From Paramecium tetraurelia (lineage: Eukaryota), in assembly GCA_000165425.1 (NCBI GenBank), contig CT868108.1, forward strand, positions 496,001-560,000: a stretch of 64,000 nt of DNA. Reading direction: 5' to 3'. Within the stretch, counting starts at the first letter, position 1; each line of letters begins with the position of its first letter. The notes under the pieces were generated by a model that did no database searches, was not told the origin of the DNA, and saw only the letters and a list, made by a program, of their open reading frames with translations. The position numbers and the translations under genes are program-made. Positions 12,721 through 26,500 of this stretch are shown here, piece by piece.

Positions 12721-15700
12721 ATGTTATAAATTTTCGTTTTTTCTATTTTGTCATTATTGACATTTGGATTTAATGTGTTGCGGCCTTCCTTTGTGGAAAG
12801 AAATAGAGTAGAAATGTCATTCAGTTAAAGGATGAGTTACAATTTTGGGAATAATTTTAACATGTACACAAGTGAAGGAGTTGTAATAAATGAGAATTCA
12901 ATATAATTTGAAAAACCAGGCAGATTAGTTATGAACATTCCTTTGGTAGAAGGGATTGACTACGCTTTACAATTTAAATTTGACAGTTTGAATGCAAATC
13001 ATATTGCATGTGTAGGGATCGGTAGTTAGGGGTTCATTTTATCAGAGGTCTTGGGAATTGAGAAAACCAATCTCAGTCATTTTTAATTAGGATATTGTAG
13101 CGATGGAACCAATTCTACACAATACCCTGATATGTATACTGATTTTAATGAATTTGATTATTATTCTGATGAAGAATTTGATGAAATAGATTATTCATTT
13201 GGTGAGTCATAGATGACAAATGTTTTTGGATAAAAAGAATTTTATATGGTATTAAGAGAGAGATAATTAATATTTATGGATAACGAAGAGTACAAATTTA
13301 GAATAATTTAGTTCTATTTTAACTATTTTTAATGATCTTGATAGAGCAAGAGCTTTTGTTCCCATAATTACTATGCATTATAGAAATGAAATTCAAAAGA
13401 AATTAATAAAGAAAAGAGAGTGTGTTGTAAGGGAGGAATATGCTGTTTTATTATAATTGGTGGGTCAATTGAATCCTTTCAAAAGGGAAATGCCTCCAGA
13501 AATGAAAGCTTAGAGAGAGCAAGAGAAAAAGAAGAAGGAGACTGAATTAGCTAAAATGTTGAAATAAAAATAGGATGAAAACGAAGATGAAAATCAAGAA
13601 GAAGAATAAGAAAAGAAAGAGGAAAAAGAAGAAAAAGAAGAAACAGATGAGGATGTAAAAAAGGAATAGTAAGATGCAGTTAAAAGAAGTGAAGAAACTA
13701 AAAAGATGCACGAGGATATAAATAATCAAGGTGAGGAATCTAGTGATCAAGCAGCACTTGCAAATGCCTAAGGAGAAGAAGAAAATTTAAATGAGGACAA
13801 TGCTGCTGATTAATAAGATGCTCTTGCTGAAGGAGAAGAGGGTTAGCAGGCTGATTAAGAGGATGGAGAAAAGGGAGAAGAAAAAAAGTCAGACTAAACT
13901 GATGAAAAGGGAGATGAGTAAAATTAAAACGAATTGACTGATGAATAAAAGTCACAAAAAAGTGATGAAAGTCGATCAGAAAACTAAGAAGATTAGATTT
14001 CAATTGATGGGAATCAAAATTAATCCGAAAATCAACAATTAGAGGATTAAGGAGAACTTTAATCTGGAGAGCTAAGCAGCGAATAATAAATGAAACCTGA
14101 AGATGACACTACTGAAAGTATTGTTGGTGTGTTGGATGTTCAATCTCATATTATAAATGCTAAATAATTCACAAGAGAAATAATACCTTTAAGAAATAGT
14201 GTGGTAGTTGAAAATAAATATACTGTCTTTTAAGATAATTAAAGATTGGCAAAGGCATTGCAAGATTATAAGAGTTGTGGATATTCCTATTTAGATATTC
14301 GCCCTTCCTAAAACAACTTTTTTGTTTAAATTTAGATAGACAATTTTGATGATTTATATGATACTTATCCTGTGGGATTTGGTGTGTATGCTTATCAGAT
14401 GCTTGATAGATTAAAAGGATGGAGAAATTTGGATGATTAACTTTGGTGCATAGATAAAGAGAGTGAAGATTTATGGCAATTTGGTGCCCTTTATAGGACA
14501 GATGGGACATTTATTGATAGTTATATGTTTGGAGAGTACTTCAAATATTAAGTGGATAAATAGGCATAAAGGCAAACTAAAATTAATATTTATTTTTCGA
14601 ATAAAAATAGAGTAGCATTCAGTTTCGATGATGAGAAAACTATTATGTTAACTTGTGTAAACCCAAAGTTCAAGTATTATGTTCCCATTTTTGAAACTAA
14701 GGCTTATAAAGGTGTTCCTTCAATGACATTATTGCAATATGTTGATGACATTTAAATTCCATTTGAGTATTCTGATAGCATAGAAAATATCCAGAATGCT
14801 TTTAGTAAAATCTTTAGTTTGATTAACAAGTTTATAATTGAAAAAAGAGGTTCATTTAATGAAGATGATGATGATTACACTATTTCTGGCATTGATGATG
14901 ATAAAGGTGCTTCTATTAATATGTGGGATATTAAATTATATGATGCTCAATATGAATGGTGGATTAAGATTGATGACTTAAAGCAAGATAAACAGGATAT
15001 TAATATATGTATTGGAGTAAACTAAATGAGTTCTGAAGACATTCTAACTAATCTATTTGATAGACAATACAAAGCATAGGTTGCTTATATTTGTGATAAG
15101 AATGACTTTATTCATACATTTTTTTAGGAGTGCCCAATCAGTTCAAATCCTATTCTCTTAGTTCCTGGAAGTGTATTAAGATTTAGATTAAGTGATTATC
15201 TGATGGAAGTCTATGATGGTTATCAATTTGCTTATTTCTCTCTTCGAAAAACAGGCAAAACTGGAGTGATTCCAAGTGCTATTATAAGATCTGATTCTAA
15301 AAATAAAATCACCTTCTTAAAAGGACCAATTAACTTTGGACCAAATCCTTTGGCTGATAGAGTCGACTATGAATAATTAAACAGAGAAAACTTTGCTAGT
15401 TATGACATCTTTACATTCCCAATATTGGAAAATGCTAAAAATGGACTATTTAAATCTAATACTAATGAGCCTCTATTTAAAAAGAATCAAGTACCAAAAC
15501 CAGGAAAAAAAGAACCTCCTCTGGGCAGGAACTATGAGACAGAACAAGAAGAGTAAAAAGTTGAAGATCAAACTACTCATCAGGAATCTAATAAAGAAGA
15601 GGAATAAAAGAATGTTGAAAATGAGGAAGCCAAAAAAATAGTTTCATCTAATGTTCCAAGTGAAGCACATGCAGATATTCGTATTATATTAATTTACTTT

Positions 15701-15950
15701 AGATGGAGATACTAATGTTAAATGTTTGATTATTTATGAACATTGTGATTTTGAAGGTCCTAGCAAATTGTTATATCCAAATAGGTTCGAAGCTGGTCCA
15801 CCTAATGAATTTAGATCTTTTGAACTTTGTAGGGACACAAAACTCATTGAAATTATTATTGAAGGACATGTTCAAGAAAAGATGTTTGTGTCTCAATCAG
15901 TTGAATGTCTCCCTAGTCCATTTTTTGTAGATGAAATTATAATTATGTGA
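12721..15950 (+). CDS. Secreted protein: signal peptide, three SPRY/ConA-like repeats, acidic E/Q linkers, C-terminal beta/gamma-crystallin-like domain
   Basis: Signal peptide MLQIFVFSILSLLTFG. Beta-rich repeats such as YEWWIKIDD..ICIGVN. E/Q/K/D-rich stretch at 13500-14100. C-terminus CLIIYEHCDFEGPSKLL...SVECLPSPFFVDEIIIM-TGA. Confidence 0.75.
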
Positions 15951-16264
15951 AATTATCATATTAAATTTATCATTATTGTTATATAAAATGTGTTTAACAA
16001 ATAGCATTGAAATCCCTCTTGTATTTATAATGATGAAAAATTCATAGAATCTGAAATAGTTGCTTTATAGGAAGTTAACATTTATCTTGATGTTTTCATA
16101 ATCCTCCATCTAAAATAAGCAATTAAATCAATGAATTATTTTACACCCCTTTCATTTTCCCAAAATTAATCAAATTAGCAATTATTATAAAATCTTTAAT
16201 TAAAAAATGAATTTTTCTATTAAAAATAATTCGACATTTTTTTAGAGAAATTACAATAAGACAG

Positions 16265-17397
16265 ATGGATATAGAAGCTCTTTAAAAGTATAAAAGGCTA
16301 TTCGAATAAGGAATGAGTTATTAACCAATTGAATCTAAAAAAAATAACTTATCAAATTAATATAGTTCAATTAATTCCTTTTAATCTTAAGCATCTCAAA
16401 ATTAAAGTAAAGATGAACAAAACAAAATTTTCCTATATGTTTCTCTTTACGAAAGATTGAAACCCACCATGTCAGATTAAGATAACTTATAAAATTAAAA
16501 TGAATTGGATAAAAAATAAAACAATAGTGATAAAAAACCTCAAACATAGGTAAAATCACAATATTAACGAAAAATAAAATTGAATAACGATAGGAGATTG
16601 AGAGTATGCAATGTTTTGAAGGATTTATATAGTAATACTTCAGGGCTCCGTAATGTTGAAGATTAATATAAATATTATGTCAGAGAAATAGAAAATTAAT
16701 CAGCCTTATATAAGAATTACAGTTTAAATTTCCAAAATAAAGCAATTGTACGCAAAATCTGCAATGCATTCTTACAAGTCAGAGGGGATGGAAACTGTTT
16801 TTATACGGCTTTTGGTTTTTAATTCCTTTATCATTTGCTTTTCTCATATTCTGATGAAGAATTTGATGAATTTATTAAGAAAATCTTGAATTAGTAAATC
16901 AGTTTTGGGATTAAATATGTCAGAAAATAAATAGATGACAAGTAGATTGAAAAAGATTGTCTTGAGGAATTTATTTATCTAATAGAAGACCTTAGATAAG
17001 AAGGAAAGGAAATTAGGTTTGAGAAATTTAGGCAAACATTTGCTAATTGGTAAATTAATGAAAATGGAGATGGTTTCTTATATTGTTTATAGACTATATT
17101 TTTCAGAAATTTAAGTTATTAATATTTGGAGAAAAGTGAATTCAAAGATATAGTATTAGATAAAGAAAATTTATTAATATGGGAAGAAGAATGCAATACA
17201 AATGAAGTAATCATAAAACTATTGGCATAAGAATTAAAAATGTATTATAGTTTAAAGTTATAATTAGACATACTAAATTATTATTTCTCGATAATGAAGT
17301 AACGATAAGGGAGTATGAGGAAGAAAATAAAAACACAATAATATTGCTTATCAAGCCTGGGCATTACAATATAGGTTGGAATATCAGAGAGTAATGA
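16265..17397 (+). CDS. Otubain-like OTU deubiquitinase (peptidase C65); start approximate
   Basis: Catalytic Cys motif QVRGDGNCFYTAFGF at ~16775 and His motif LLIKPGHYNIG at ~17345. Q/N-rich N-terminus. Confidence 0.88.
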
Positions 17398-17560
17398 ATA
17401 TAAATTTATATAATCATTATTGTAATTTTTTGGATATTGTTCTTTTGTTAATAAGAATAATGTCAATCTAAGATTTTTAAGATTATATTAATCTCTAATT
17501 TTAATTATCTATGCGATATTATATTAATCAAAAATATTAATAATTTTAGATTTATCATAC

Positions 17561-20500
17561 TCATTATGGTACGGTATAATGCTCAGGGCCAAGGGTAACC
17601 TTCTTAGCATCCAATGTAAATTCAATATTTTATTGTAAGTTTGGTAAGACTAACAATGTTCTTATGATGGTATCAACTTCTTTTTCATTATAGGATTCCT
17701 ATGATATCAAAATAAAATTATACCAACAATTTTTATCTATTAAATAAGGGAGAATGCTTGGTGATCACAATGCTAAATTTATGGTTATCAACATCAGTAT
17801 CTTCTTTGCCTATTACTTGTAAGAATTAATGTTTTTAATCAGATGAGAATACTGGTTTCTTAATTTAATTTCTGATCCATGTAATTCCAGATTGAACTGC
17901 ATTTGATAATTCAGATTCAGCTTCAAATTGATAGAAGATAAGGATTTTATCCTCCAATTATAAACCCAAGCTTCTTTCTTAACTTTTAAATTCTATTTGT
18001 GAATTCTCTTGCCAATCCAAGATTCTTCAGTTCTTGGGTCTATGAGGGATCTAAAATAATAGAGAATCCATCTTCAGTAGCAAACAATAACTACTTATGC
18101 TTTTCAGTGTTGAATTAATCAGTAATTTTGACATGCTTTAATAATAATTCGCAATCCAACTCTACTTCAATGTATTCCACATTCTTCTTACCCTTTTTAG
18201 CTTTAGGATCTGGTTATTATTGAACCTATTCTTCCACCTTCTTTTCTTTCTTGACTTTCACCTTGAGTTGTAATTTACCTTCAGATTTGAGTGTACGGAT
18301 CTATTCTTAAGTGAAGTTACGAACTTATTAAATTAGATCAGGTCCAAATTTATCTTTCAATTCTTATCCACAAATTTTATTGTCAGGTTCAGCCTTAAGT
18401 TAAATGTATTAATCAATATTCTTTTCAACTAAGACAGAAGGTGTATTGATTTCTTCTTCAATATACTTAGATAAGAATTGAACACTTTAAAGTAATTATT
18501 CATCTGTTGCCAAGATTGTCAAACTATTGACTGGTTATTTTAGACTTAGTTTATGGGCTTCTCTTAATTTTCTAGCAGATTCAACAACTATTTGCATTTT
18601 TTCAACTTGAGATTCAATTTTAGGATCAATCAATTCCTTTCTGACCTCAGGGATTTATAAGAAATGGATTGATTCTTGATTGTTTTTGCCTTATGGGATA
18701 CATTTCTTAAGATTTTGATAGAATGATTCTGTAATGAATGGCACGTATGGTGACATCAAAAGAGTGATTTTTAAGAGAACATCAAATAGAACATTTAAAC
18801 TAACAACCCATTCTTGATTTCCTTAATCTCCCTTGATTCTACCTCTATTCAATCTAACATACCAGTTAGTCAATGTATCGAGATAACTAATCAATCTAGG
18901 AACAATAGTGTAAAGTCTATAGGCTTCCATTTCATTTCTAACAAATTCAACCAAGGTTTGACTGCTTGATACAATCCATTTATCCATAGTATTATCTCCT
19001 TTTGTAATGGCATTTTCATCAAATTCAAACTTGCCGAGAACACTTTCATATCTCTACAAGTTTTAGATCAAAAATCTATAAGCGTTGTACCAGGGCAAGA
19101 ATACATTCTTAATAACTTCTTAAACGCCATCCTTGCTGAAATTCAATGATTGAGCCTTAACCAATCCACTATTAATGAGGTACAATCTCATAGCATCAGC
19201 TCCGAATTGATTAATAATTTCAATTTCAGGATCTGGATAGTTCTTTTTACTTTTTGACATCTTTTCACCTTTATCATTCAACACAATTCCATTGACAATC
19301 AAGTTCTTATAAGGAGTGTCATCACGTAAGGCTGTTGCAATAACATTCAATGTATAGAACCATCCTCTTGTTTAGTCTAATCCTTCAGCAATGAAATCGG
19401 CTGGGAAGATAGTTTCGAATAACTCTTTTCTTTCAAATGGATAATGTTATTAAGCAAAAGGCATAGATCCACTCTCAAACCAACAATCAAAGACTTCTTC
19501 AATTCTTCTCAATACACCCTTTCCTTATTTACTTGGAATTGTAATATGATCAATGTATTCTCTATGGAGATCTGTGATGTTTTTCAACTCCAGAAAGTTA
19601 CCTCAATTCTTCAATAGATCCAATGCAAACTGATTCTTCAAAATCGTCACTGACCCAAATTGGAATAGGATTACCCCAGAATCTATTTCTACTGAAACAC
19701 CAATCTTAGGCATCATCTAACCAATTGTTAAATCTTCCATCTTGAATTGATTATGGTACCCATCTAGCCTTCTTATTGTTAACAACAAGTTTATCCTTAA
19801 TTGATGTAACCTTAATAAACCAACAGTTAACAGCTTTATAAATTAATGGGGTTTAAGATCTCCAACAATAAGGATAATTATGTTGAACTTATCCATCCTT
19901 AATCAATCTTCCATTAGTTTTAAGTAGCTTTCTAATTTCCTTATCTGCCTCCTTGACTTACATTCCTGAGAAGTCTTTGACTGACTCCAAGAATCTTCCA
20001 CTAGAATCAATGGGTACCAAAGGATCGGATGGAACTATGATGCCAGCCTTTAAACATGCCTTGTAATCGTCATCACCAAAACCAGGAGCACAATGTACTA
20101 TACCAGTACCATCATCACTAGTAACAAAATTGGCAGCCAAAACTCTATAGCATCCTTATTCTTTCCTTTCCAAAAAGTAATTGAATAATGGAACGTATTC
20201 AGTTCCAACTAAATCAGTACCTTTGAATTTCTCCACAACTTCATACAACTTGGCATCAGTATACAATTCAACAATTCTTGACTCTGCTAGGATGTAATGA
20301 GTATTAGATGCTTTATCTAGTAATTTCACATAAACTAAATCTGGGTGAACAGCTAAGGCTAAATTACTAGGCAATGTCCAAGGAGTTGTTGTCCAAGCAA
20401 CGAATTTAGTCTTCTCATCTTTAACTAGTGGGAAAGTCACAACAATAGCAGGATCCCACACATTCTTATAATTCTATTAGGTCTCGAAGTTGCTGAGAAC

Positions 20501-21151
20501 TGTGGAACATCCATTAGAATAAGGCATGACTTTGCATCCTCTATATACTAAGCCTTTCTCCCACATTTGTTTGAAGACCCACCAAACACTTTCCATAAAG
20601 GATGTATCCAATGTTTTGTAATCATTATCAAAATCGATCCATCTACCTGTTCTTCCTATTATTCTTCTCCATTCAGATGCATATCTCATGACTATTGATC
20701 TGCATTCATGGTTGTATTTATCAATACCCATCTAAACATATAATACTCATTTAAAACCTTTAAAATATCACCTCTGTGTTAAATTTTAAGAGTTTTATCA
20801 ATTTCATGCTCAACTGGCAATCCGTGACAATCCCATCCGAATCTTCTTTCCACATATCTCCCATTCATTGCAAAATACCTGCACACTACGTCCTAAATTT
20901 TATTATGTAAATATACTTTAATTGTACCAGCACACATATGACCATAATGAGGTAACCCAGTAGCAAAGGGGGGTCCATCATAAAATGTAAATCGTGGACA
21001 ATCCTTTGTCAATTCCAATTATTTATGAAAAGCATTGATCTATTCCCAATATTTTAGGATTCTGACTTCCTCTTCAGGGAAGTTGGGTCTTTCGACAACT
21101 AACAATTAAATCTAAGTTGTTACCATTAGTGAAATCTGTTTTCTAAGCCAT
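17561..21151 (-). CDS. IARS1: Cytosolic isoleucyl-tRNA synthetase
   Basis: [16 protein letters not shown] (HIGH motif), [31 protein letters not shown] editing motifs, EGLDQTRGWFY and KMSKS. Confidence 0.97.
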
Positions 21152-21241
21152 ACTCAAAAATGTTAAGAATTTTTAGATTTTAAATTAAATCCTTTAAATC
21201 ATGAAAAAGATAGTATTTGTGTGACCAATTTATATTAATAC

Positions 21242-22317
21242 TCATAATTCCACATCATATAGTCCATCATTAAAGTTTTCAATTGAATAGAATCGACATG
21301 TCATTATTCGACCTCCAAACACACGTTAATCTGCTGCCAAAAACGCTGCCATTGCTTCCTCATTACTATTATTACTCCCCATATTTCTTACTTTGCATAT
21401 TCGATAAACACTCGCACTTGCATGTCCTCCTCCAATTCAGCTTTTATATGAACATGAATTTTCTTGATGTACCCATACTTCCCTAACTCCGCCTTTATAT
21501 CATCCTTAAAATATTCATCAACGTCCTTTGCTGTTATAGCATTCAACAACACTAATATGTTTGTGGGCTATCTATCAATGAATATTCCTATACTATTTAT
21601 GCTGTTCGAAGGTTTTTCTAAACACTACATTTTATGGAAGTAAGTCTGTAAAATCCAACGAACTGACTTCAATCACTCCAACACTATTCGAAGTCTTTAT
21701 CACTTCTATTGGATTCTGAATCCCCTAATTGTATTTCCCCAATCCTAAACCAAATTTATATCCGAATTTCTCCATCATTTTCAAAGCCTTCTCCTCTCCA
21801 GATCCCAATTCCACCTCGTCATAAGAGGGCTCTGTCTCCTCTTCTATTTATTATGGCTACGGCTGTTCATTTTATGTCTCCGATTGATTCATCTACCTTT
21901 TCAATTCCTCATAATCATTCGGTCTGCTTGGATCATACTCTTGAGGCTTATTCACTATTGGAGTCAACTTTGTTGAGTTCTTGCAAACACGAAGAATGCT
22001 GCTCAACTTATTATTTAAATGAGATAAGTCCTATTATTGACTCAATATTTTACTTTACTAGCTGGTAGCTGCTATGGTTATTATTATTATTATTAGACTT
22101 ATTGAGCCTGTGATTATTAAACTTGATTTGCTGCATTACTCTATTGCGAAGGAGCTGTCTCTACAGTTTATGTAGGTTCCACTTCTTGTTATATTTCTGC
22201 AAAGAAATTTTGCATAGCTGCATTGATCTAAGCATTCTCAACAGGTTAAGGTCTAAATTTTGGAACTGGAGGAGGCACTCTTCTCCTTTAGGGTTCCTTA
22301 CCTTCCATTTCGTTCAT
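21242..22317 (-). CDS. RBM17: Splicing factor 45 (SPF45/RBM17/DRT111): SF45 motif, G-patch, UHM-type RRM
   Basis: EYDPSRPNDYEELK motif, G-patch MEKFGYKFGLGLGKYNQGIQNPI, and C-terminal RRM 'ILVLLN...ELGKYG.I...VRVFIEY'. Confidence 0.88.
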
Positions 22318-22769
22318 TTTATATATTAGAACAAATATATATATTGAATTAAAAGCAAAAATTGATATATGTAAAGAAGTATTGGCTGAATAGAAGAATA
22401 ATGAAGAAGCAGAATATTGAGAATACTTTCAAATTAATAATCCTAAATCAAATCCATCATCAGTGGATTAACTAATTTCAACATAGTTTTTACAGATATT
22501 TATTAAAAATAATACTCAATAGTACTTTTAATTTAATGATATTCCAATCAATGTAATAATTAACTTTACATTTATAACAATTTTAACCTCAAACATGAAT
22601 AGTATTGTAAACATTTGAATAAGATAGTAGTTTCAATTTAAATTCTAATTAAAAATAACTAAGATAAGTATTGTAGTATTTTAAAGAGGATAAAATATTT
22701 ATAGATGTTTTAAATGAGTTATATGTTTAAATAGAAGCATAATTTAATAATTAATATTATTTCAAAATT

Positions 22770-25466
22770 TCAACTTGATTTCTTTTTCTTTTTATTTTTA
22801 TTTCCAATTTTTTCTCTAAGTTGTTTATCCTTTCTTTAATCAACTTCCATTTCCTCTTTGACATCTTAACCCTTCGAAACATCTTTCATTTTCATATATA
22901 ACAAGTCCAATCGATAAAGACAATCAGATGGTAATGGACTTGATTCCAACTCGAGAATATAAGGTCTAAAGAAGTGATAATATAAATATCTACCTATGAA
23001 CTTCAATATCCCAGTATGTAGCATTGTCAAATTGTAAAAATGAAGTCCACCTACCTTTAATATTTATATTATAAGTATCTAAAATTTCTTAAGGTAAAAT
23101 TTTTAATTTAATTCCTGAATTAGTTTTGTGAGCTTTTAAACACTTTTAAATGCAATCTGGAGTGACTTTACATATCTTCCCAATAAACTAGTCTATCTTT
23201 TGCGATGAGGAACTGAAAAACCCAGCATTTTTATCCTTGGGATTGAAAGTGATTTCAACTAATAACTAATGGTCAGGTTAGAAACAATAACTTCTTTTAT
23301 GACAATTGACACTTCTTTATCCCAGCAACACTCCATAGAGCATAAATGGTTAGGCCATATAATAAAATTTAAGATTAGTATTCTAGAATTGTATTTGTGA
23401 ATGGCCTTGTTGTTCACCAGCCAAACTGTTAGTTCCCATATTTACAATGGGACAGAATGCCCCAAACAGTTTATAGCCTCTTCCATACATGATATAATTA
23501 GAAATAGGAGGATGATGAGAAGTTTACTCTAGGTATATAGGACATCCTTTAATTCTACCCTCAAAAGTTTCTCCGATAATTGGATTAAATGGCTTTTCTT
23601 ATTGAACTCCCATCATGAAACTTGCGATGTGAAATGAGACTGTGAGCTTTAATTATTCAAAAACATCTGTAGTTTAGGCAGCCTTTTCAAGAAAAACAGG
23701 TGCATGTCCTTGACCTCTGGCCATTCTCTCCAAAAAAGATCTAGCTTCGAACACTTAAATTGGTAAGGATACAGACATCAAGGATTTTCCACTTAGCAAA
23801 TTTGATCCCATTCTTTTGATAATATCCAGTAAGACACTTCTTTAATCACTAATCAATTTCTTATTTGTGTATATCAGCCCTCCTTTTTTTGGATCTACCT
23901 CGTAATACTTAGTCAGTAAGAAATGACCATCTTCTTTGGTTGTTTCCAAAAACTTCTCCAAACCAGGTAATATGTTTTGATTAAATTTCCTTTAGATGGA
24001 TCTCTAAATAAATTATCCTGTCTAAACCAAATCTAAAATTTCTTTATACTCTTGGAGTGATTATTATTGATGCTATTCAGAAGTAATTCTTTATACTTCA
24101 GGCACTAATTGAATAAACGAAATCTACAAATTATCAATGTCGTCATCTTCATTCTTAATTAACACATGTTCTGTTTACTATTTGATATAATGATCTGCTT
24201 CTATTATTTGATTATCAATATTTTCGAAATTAAGTAGAAACCTTTTCATAACTTCTTCTCCTTTTTCTCTGTTTTCACAATCTAAATATATGTCTTCAAT
24301 AATTTGAGCCTTAAACCTATCCTCTTGTTTAGCCTAGATAAGAACACAGGATCTAGTAATCTTGAATTCATCAGAGCCTTCAGCTTTATCCTTATCAATC
24401 TGATTGTGATGTATTTCATTCCCGATATATTTTTTCAAAATACAATAAGCATTTTCATCAATTTAAAAATGCTTTTAGGTGTATATCAATCTGATCTTGT
24501 CATTCTAAATGGGTGCATGTGATTTTGGCTATTTTGAAAAACTCTCCTGTGAAAAGAATTCATGCTCTAAGTCCTTTTAACTTTATGGCTTAGTTTATTT
24601 AAATTAATTGTTCAAATACTTATGTCCCATATCGAATTCTGCATAAATTATGGCACAGTCTTTTTTAGTTGGAAATATTTAATATATTGATACTTAAGGG
24701 TTCAAATTGTCTACAAATGTGTGCATCGACAATTCCTATAATAGATCTAAAAATGGTTACATCAAAAATCCTTGCTGGAGGTATTTCTGATTTTAAAAAG
24801 AATCTCATATGCAATTAATCTTTTGGGTCTTAGTAGAGTTATTTGGTTTAAGATTAATATAAGACTTTAAATGAATGGATATCCGAAAATCCTTGCAAAT
24901 TCTCGAGAGTGTTTTCTAATATAATCTCTATGTCGTTCTTGTTGTTATAACAGTATTTACTTATAAAAATTGAGGCAATAATGGAATCATCTATCTCACC
25001 CGAGATACCTAGCTTGGTTTAATAGCCATAGAAGGAACCCCTTGATTTATGACTCTTTCTGATTCAGGCATAAATTAATCCCATTCTTAGAGAGTTTTCT
25101 CCTTTTTTTCCTTTGTTATTTGCATTGCCAAATATTTCCCATTCAAGAAATCGTACCATTATAATGCCTCCGATTGGTTATTCCAACCAAATCTAACCAA
25201 CTTTGGTTCAATTTCTTATTGAGTTTTTAATTTTATTGCCCATTTTCCTTGATGAAATGCAACAGGATGGATAACATAATTTTGAATTTACAGCTACTTT
25301 TATGTTTAACCCTTGACGTCAATATACCTGAGTATCTCTCTATATATCATGGCCTTACCTATTATTTCAAATCATATATTAAAAGCCTTTCTCCCCATCC
25401 TTTCAATACACCACTCTCTTTAAATGCACTACAACTCATTAATGCATTCTTATTATTATCGAGCAT
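22770..25466 (-). CDS. Oxysterol-binding protein-related lipid-transfer protein with N-terminal PH and putative START-like domain
   Basis: ORD signatures KPFNPIIGETFEG and EQTSHHPPISNY, plus SVSLPIQVFEARSFLER and PLPSDCLYR. N-terminal PH-like KESGVLKGWGERLLIY...EALQWYDFL. Confidence 0.88.
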
Positions 25467-26500
25467 TCTGATAATTAAATTTATAATAAATAACAAAATA
25501 TAATTCAATTCAATTAAACATCTTAACAAATGAATTCCCAACACATCATAATTGACTTTATGAAATGCCATGCAATAAATTAAAATTTACTGAACTTTTT
25601 GATTTAATCAATAATCTTATTTCAGGTCATTGTTAAATTACTTCAAAATTTATACTGGAAGGAGTGTAATTTATTCAAAAAAAATAAGATTTGATTTCTT
25701 TTGTAATGCTTAAACAAATTAATTTATTCACTATCAATTTATTTAAGATTGTTTAATATACTTATTCAAATAGAGTATAAGATAAATTTAATATTGGATT
25801 TAAATATAAATCAAATTATTGATAATCATTTTTTAGTATATGTGACATAATGTCAGAGTCAAAGAATTAAGATTTTAAACATATACAAAGCACTGATTCT
25901 CAGGACTATTCAAAACTACACTATCAAAAATCTCTTCATTTATTTTGGAATTTTCATATAATCATATTTATTTTTAATCCAAAACATTTATACTCTATTT
26001 TGTTTTAAATTTTATTAAAATTCTCTTATACAATTTCGAATTCAGTCATCAATTAAGTTTGAATTTCATTTTATATCTTATTCTAAATTTTAACTAAGTT
26101 TTATGGATTGACTTAAAACTGATTTATTTGAAAGCACAGATACTTTGATTTCTTGATAATTGATAATTTTCCAATTAATGTGTTATCTAATGTTTATTAA
26201 GTATTCATAATAGATTAAAATTATTCCTTAACTTTCATAGTGATTATTTAATTATTAATAAATATAACATAAGCAAAATAAATTGGTGTTATTAATTAGT
26301 ATTATACTTATCTAAGGGAGACAAAAAAATCAAAAAACACTAAAATTTATTTAACACTATAAATCCAATAATTATATAGTTCTTAAAATGTGTTATAGCT
26401 TAAACATAAAAAATGAAAGTTTGGAAACATCAAGAATTAGTATATGGGATTTAAAATAAAAAGAAAATTACAATAATTTAAAAATTAGCTTACGTAAATT

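Noticed and set aside
13500..14100. GAA-rich quasi-repeats
   Set aside because: This is low-complexity acidic coding sequence with no fixed repeat unit or spacer structure.
13547..14510. Hydrophobic F/L-rich minus-strand ORFs in the supplied track
   Set aside because: They are antisense artefacts of the purine-rich E/K/Q coding region on the plus strand.
22369..22760. Possible small plus-strand gene between SPF45 and the OSBP gene
   Set aside because: Only short frames broken by TGA, with no motif or convincing intron structure.
25600..26240. ~95-codon minus-strand frame starting MKVKEQF
   Set aside because: Extremely AT-rich with no domain. Long frames arise by chance with a single stop codon; it could be a remnant but I cannot support it.
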